From Anthoceros angustus (lineage: Eukaryota > Plantae > Anthocerotophyta): DNA of 64,000 nucleotides. A program made the position numbers and the translations under genes. Location: positions 1 through 64,000 of the forward strand of contig MU008175.1 of NCBI GenBank assembly GCA_010909165.1, read 5' to 3'. The notes beneath the pieces are model-generated. The model worked only from the letters and a program-made list of their open reading frames with translations. It searched no databases and was not told the origin of the DNA. Every line of letters begins with the position of its first letter. Positions within the stretch are counted from its first letter, which is position 1. Positions 59,180 to 64,000 of this stretch are shown one piece after another.

Positions 59180-61144
59180 TTACTTGAGTGGTGGGTAGTG
59201 TACTTCTAAGGATTCATCCACTCGGAATACAGGTGTGGTAACCACCGGAGGTGGCTTTGCTTCTCTCACCTTGTCCCAGTCGACACCTGAGAAGAAAGGG
59301 TGCTTTTTTAGGGCTGCATAACCCCGAGGTCCTGCACCTGGTCTTCTTTCCGGCACCAAGTCCTGCGAAACCCAAGGGCTTCAGGGTTTGTGGTGTCTCC
59401 ATATCTGCTTCTGATTGTATGCTGTTGTTGCGGGAGAAAAAAACTCACCAGGAGACTGTCCACCAAATCCTTAGCCTCAGGGCTAAAGTGGGTAGGAATC
59501 CTAAACTGCCGTGATGTCACCTGCTGGTATAAGTGATCGTCATCCTCGGCCCGAAATGCCGGCTTCCCTTCCAGCATCTCGAAGATGATGCAGCCCAAGG
59601 CCCATAAATCCGCTCTGCCAAGATTAACAGCAAACAAAGTCAGGCTCACAGAAGCTCCCAGTATCGTCACTCTTCTCTCAAACGAAGGGTGGTGTCGATG
59701 TACGCACCCGTTGGTAACAGTGTAGCGATTCAGAACCTCGGGCGATATATACTCTGCTGTTCCTAGAAGCGCACCTTCGGGCCTTGTGTCTGGGGAGAAG
59801 GAAGGACGAAGGCATATGTTTGAGTGAGTTTGTCCTTCAACTCACTTGATTGTCAACTACGCCATGGACAAACCAGTTATACCATGTGAACTCACTGCAT
59901 TATCTTGTCAGCTTGCAACAACAACCGACCTTCAATCTGTACAATGATGCCATCTGGCATAGGTCGGAGCATCTTAGCACTCCCAAAATCGATAATCTTG
60001 ATGTGCCCGTCTGCCATGACAAGTATGTTCTCCGGCTGCACAACATTGTGAAATGCAGCATTCAGGGGAGAGAGAGAGAACAAAAAAAAAGTGGACACAC
60101 GAGTATTCTTCAGCCTTACCCTGATATCCCTATGCACAATCCCTTGCCCATGAATGTACTCCAGAGCATCTACAAGCTCAGCAGAATAGAACCGAGCTTC
60201 ACTCGAAGAGAAACGGCCCCTCTGAAAAATTCACAACAAACAACCTCCGTCAAATAAGCAAGCAGTAATACCATAGTGCATCAAGGGCTAGCACCTTGAG
60301 CACTTACAAAGCTCCGGAAACGATGAAGATGAATGTCCCCTACATGTGCACGGCCACGCTGCATTCTCTAATGCAAAGAGGTGTTGTACCAAGTTCATCT
60401 GGCCACGAAGCTCTCCCCCATCGCAGCACTCCATCCCCATGTCTGAACATGCATGCTCAGGAACCAACCCACAGCTTTTATCGAGTGGCAGGCGAGAGAA
60501 GTACTAGCCATGCGCTACTCTGCCTCCACACATGATAGAAACCCTAATCTGGAAGGATACACAAAGACTCATTATCTTGAAATGTGAAGAGCAGCCGCAC
60601 AACGCCAGGGTGTTGCAGAAAGTCAAGAATCATGCGCTCCATTTTCACATACTTAGTTTTCTGCTCCTCGAATATCTGCACCTTGTTCATAATTTTCAGA
60701 GCGTACACGGCTCCCGTCTCCTTCAGTGTCGCCTTCATCACCTGAAATGCAGTCCAAAACTCAGAACAGGATAGAAACGCACAAACAACAGTCCTTTCCA
60801 CTACACTGCATGCAGAAAATTCCAGCCACCTTAGAGTAGGTGCCCGATCCCAGAGTCTCTCCCCACTGGAATTGTCCATGATCATAATTCGCCTTTGGGG
60901 CCCGGAACCTGTACTTCTTGAGCATCACCGAGTTCCGAGACATGTCGTCCTTGCTATGCTCCTCGTCCTTGCTCCTGTGCTCCTTCCGCTGCTCCGCAGC
61001 AACCTGCAAATCCACGATTCTCACGGCGGGGTTTGCGGTGCGAGCCAAAGATTGCAGCCGCCTTTTTTCGAGCGCCCACTCCAGCAGCGTCCGCCTCCAC
61101 TCAGATCTGGCTCCCAACAGCATGCCCACGAAGGCTGCTTCCAT
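59180..61144 (-). CDS. PDK1: 3-phosphoinositide-dependent protein kinase 1-like (AGC kinase), 8 exons, ~395 aa, no PH domain
   Basis: Exons 60830-61144, 60561-60741, 60390-60442, 60120-60221, 59930-60035, 59708-59789, 59449-59614 and 59180-59362 splice in frame via GT-AG introns. Motifs [60 protein letters not shown] and [24 protein letters not shown] match plant PDK1. The start codon is the least certain part. Confidence 0.92.
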
Positions 61145-61411
61145 GGCTCCTCATCCACTCGGATTCTCAATGTCTTCCTCCATTTGCTCCCATCTGTAGA
61201 GACACATTCAACCACATGCATACGCCTCTTCTCCCACGGCCACAGATGCAGCCCACGTTTAAGTAATTTATTCTGGCGTAAACTTGTCGTTCGCATCAGT
61301 TGAATAAAGGATACGCGTGCGCAGTCCAAAAAAAGATACGCGTGAGAAATTCAATTCTGCTACGAGTAGACTATTATTTTTATGGATAGATAATTATTAT
61401 ACATATAGGTA

Positions 61412-61755
61412 CCGTACCCCAAGGGGTGATTCGGTGTTAATTAATTAAAATTAGTAAAATTTGAAAATCCAGAAATTATTATACTTAAAATGTTGAATAG
61501 GTAAAAATTTATGAGTTTATGATGCCAAAAATAAGGAAACTAGGGTTTGTGTGAAAAATTAGGGCCTATTTAGGGAGATCTATACATATCCATTAGTTTT
61601 ATATATACCTATATATTTTAATAAATGTTGAAATTTGATAAAATTATTTTTGTAAATGTTGAAATTTGAAAATATAAATATTTATGTTGAACCTTGTTTT
61701 TTTCAAAAAATAATTATTTCGGCATTATCCTGTTGAACCACCCTTCGAGGTACGG
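61412..61755. mobile_element. Tc1/mariner-type MITE (~345 bp)
   Basis: TA-CCGTACCCCAAGGGGTGATT ... AACCACCCTTCGAGGTACGG-TA: 20-bp TIR with 4 mismatches, TA flanks, AT-rich interior. Confidence 0.7.
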
Positions 61756-62443
61756 TATTTAAAATTTAATATAGAGAGAACGTGGAAACTTTATAAATAT
61801 GCAGAGATAAGAAGTCCCATTTACAATGAGGCGATCCGGAATTTATATTAGTTCTTTAAGGTGTGTCCAAATGGCTTAGGCCAAATGGACACACCTTTAT
61901 AAGAACGTCGTGATTAAGCATTCTGAGCTTAGATCGGTACTTAGATAGGGTGCATGAAGGGAGTGGATGCCCTTGGTGTAAGTAGCTTAGGCATACCATG
62001 GTACAAGTTGTTAAGTACCAACTCCCACGATGGAAATCTGTCCTTAGTGGACTTAAATAGAATTCTTCTTCTTCTTCTTATCAATCCCATGACATAAATT
62101 TATCTTTGGTGTTAATATCATATAACACAATACAAAACAATTCTACATAACATATATAATACTAACAACGATAATGTCCTAGCAATAGCAAGAGATCATA
62201 TCCATGCCGCCAGCCTTGTAATACTCCTATGTACATATTTTAGAGGATTCTATTATGTAGTCAACACATGTAACATATTTCTTGCGTAGTGTGATTTGAT
62301 TCTTTTAATTGAGAACTTTATACGAGATTCATGGTGGCACATTATTTGAAAAGATGTTTTATTATATTGTAGCCTTCAATATCAAAAGAAAAACTTTTTC
62401 AAAAAAAATATGTATTTTGATCTTTTAATTTTAGCCAATCTAC

Positions 62444-62911
62444 TCATGTGCTAAACAATTCTTCTATAACATATTCAAGATAACAATCATCAAGATAATA
62501 GGATGCCTTCCAACAAGTTCCGTCTAAGAGAGTTTGAGTAATATGTTTGATGCAAGTCGAACATTGAAGGGGACTCATCATTGTGGGTTTCGTTTCTCCT
62601 TTATAATCTTTTCTGTAACAATCAATTGTCCCCACTATCTGTGCATCTCTCCCTACTATTTGTACTGATTCAGTATAAGGAAGTTGAAAAAACTTTTCGG
62701 TCGCAGTTAGAAGCAAAACATTGCCCAAAACTCTTACCCAAGGAGGCACCGAGTTATCCACAACATTTTCTTCACATGTCACTTTCCTTACTGTTATACT
62801 TGGAGGCAATTCTGGGCCATTTATAAGAGACTCATTGGATGCACCCACGGAAGTAAGAAAAAGCAATATGATGATATAATATATATGTATATTTTGCTTC
62901 CAAAGCATCAT
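62444..62911 (-). CDS. Secreted Gnk2/DUF26 (stress-antifungal)-like cysteine-rich protein, divergent
   Basis: Intact single-exon ORF with a hydrophobic N-terminus (IYYIIILLFLTSVGA). The C-terminal C...CSTC...C...YYLDDCYLEY resembles the DUF26 C-x8-C-x2-C / YxxCxxRY pattern. The start may be at 62962, 62911 or 62908. Confidence 0.7.
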   Translation of the reverse strand: MMLWKQNIHIYYIIILLFLTSVGASNESLINGPELPPSITVRKVTCEENVVDNSVPPWVRVLGNVLLLTATEKFFQLPYTESVQIVGRDAQIVGTIDCYRKDYKGETKPTMMSPLQCSTCIKHITQTLLDGTCWKASYYLDDCYLEYVIEELFST

Positions 62912-64000
62912 TATAGATGATAAAATTAGATTCTTCATAAACAAGGTATGCACACTAAGCATACCACAAGAATGACTATAAGGATTTATTAAAAAAAAAA
63001 ACCTTGCACCTAAACTTTTTGCATAGCTTCTTAAATATTCAGAGGCATTGAGGAGCTAATATTTTCTTCTATTTCTATAAATAAATATTTTTAATTTAAA
63101 ATATCTTAGGAAGTTACGAAAATTAAATATGATTATATAAGATACTTCATTCAAAATATAGGCCTACAAGAGATATTAATGTGTGGTATTAATCAGCACC
63201 ACGGAAGCATCTGCATCCTCGGATTTGGCACCCAAAAAACTTGCACCTAGTGTGACTAGGCTGCTTGTACGTACCATGTGTATCCCATGTAGACAACTCA
63301 TTCCAATTCCAATTCAAGAGTAGGTGGCAACTTCCAAAATGGTGTGACCAGGCTACTTGCACCAGGATATCCCTTCTAGGCTTTTTACCACCCCATCCAA
63401 GTATAAGATATAAGATTAGGTTGCTTACGGGTGCCCCATCCAAGTACTACTTGGATAGGGTGTTCATTAAGCAACCTAAAGCACCAACTAAACTAAATCT
63501 ATCAATCTAAAACTACCTACTATTAGATCGGTACCAACCACAATGGAGATGCAAGAGGCATGACTAACCATCCATGAAAGGCGTAATCATAACCATGGTT
63601 TTAAACGATTGGATTGCGAATCAGGATGCACAAAAAAAATGGACAAGTGAAATGGATATTCCAGAAAGAACTATTGGGCACAATACCAAGATACACTAGC
63701 ACCAAAAGCAAGCAATCAATGAATAAGGGAAATTATGAAATCGAAGCCACAAAAATTCAAATGTATAGAAAAGTGTGTCCGACGTCCGGTGAAGATGCAA
63801 GAGAAGGACGGAGAGGAGGAGGAGAGAGAAAAGAGAGCTTTAGGAGGAGGAACCAGGAAAGAGAACGGGGAAGAAAAGGGGATGAGAGAAGAGAGAGAGG
63901 AGAGAAAACAGGGAGGCCCAGGGAATTTAGGTCATATTTGTGGTAGTATGTTTGTTATAGAGAGCTGCTTTGCCAGATGACGTGCGATTAGTGAACTGAA

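Noticed and set aside
63189-63443. Defensin-like peptide (CKFFGCQIRGCRC)
   Set aside because: Too few cysteines, no signal peptide and no supportable exon structure.
63614-63980. Glu/Arg-rich ORFs
   Set aside because: Arise from a GA-rich low-complexity tract; no domain evidence.

Overview
Eukaryotic land-plant DNA. The short GT-AG introns, B3/REM genes, PH-less PDK1 and Gnk2-like gene suggest a non-seed plant such as a lycophyte or bryophyte, but that is inference. About 80% of the window is nested transposons. (1) 446-10285: minus-strand Ty3/gypsy Tat-like element with an extra archaeal-type RNase H; its RT is split by a 2-kb TIR-bounded insertion. (2) An orphan gypsy integrase, a hAT deletion derivative, copia fragments, a Pack-like TIR element and a MITE. 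(3) A large nest at 21146-50811. A tRNA-Asp-primed gypsy element (family A) has 4.4-kb LTRs whose U3 carries a ~2.6-kb coding-like region. Its integrase is interrupted, 19 bp apart, by an inverted solo LTR of the same family and by an 8.7-kb element (family B) that lacks RT/RNase H. A tandem PBS-gag-partial LTR unit follows. Host genes are a disrupted minus-strand array of B3/REM genes (one near-complete, two truncated copies in a ~3.2-kb tandem duplication, two remnants), an intact 8-exon PDK1-like kinase lacking the PH domain, and a divergent secreted Gnk2/DUF26-like protein. The best candidate for an undescribed system is LTR-embedded accessory proteins paired with family-specific palindromic motif arrays. 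Caveat: the repeats are full of 1-bp indels while the unique genes are clean, so many TE frameshifts may be assembly noise. Most TE coordinates are approximate and were read by eye.
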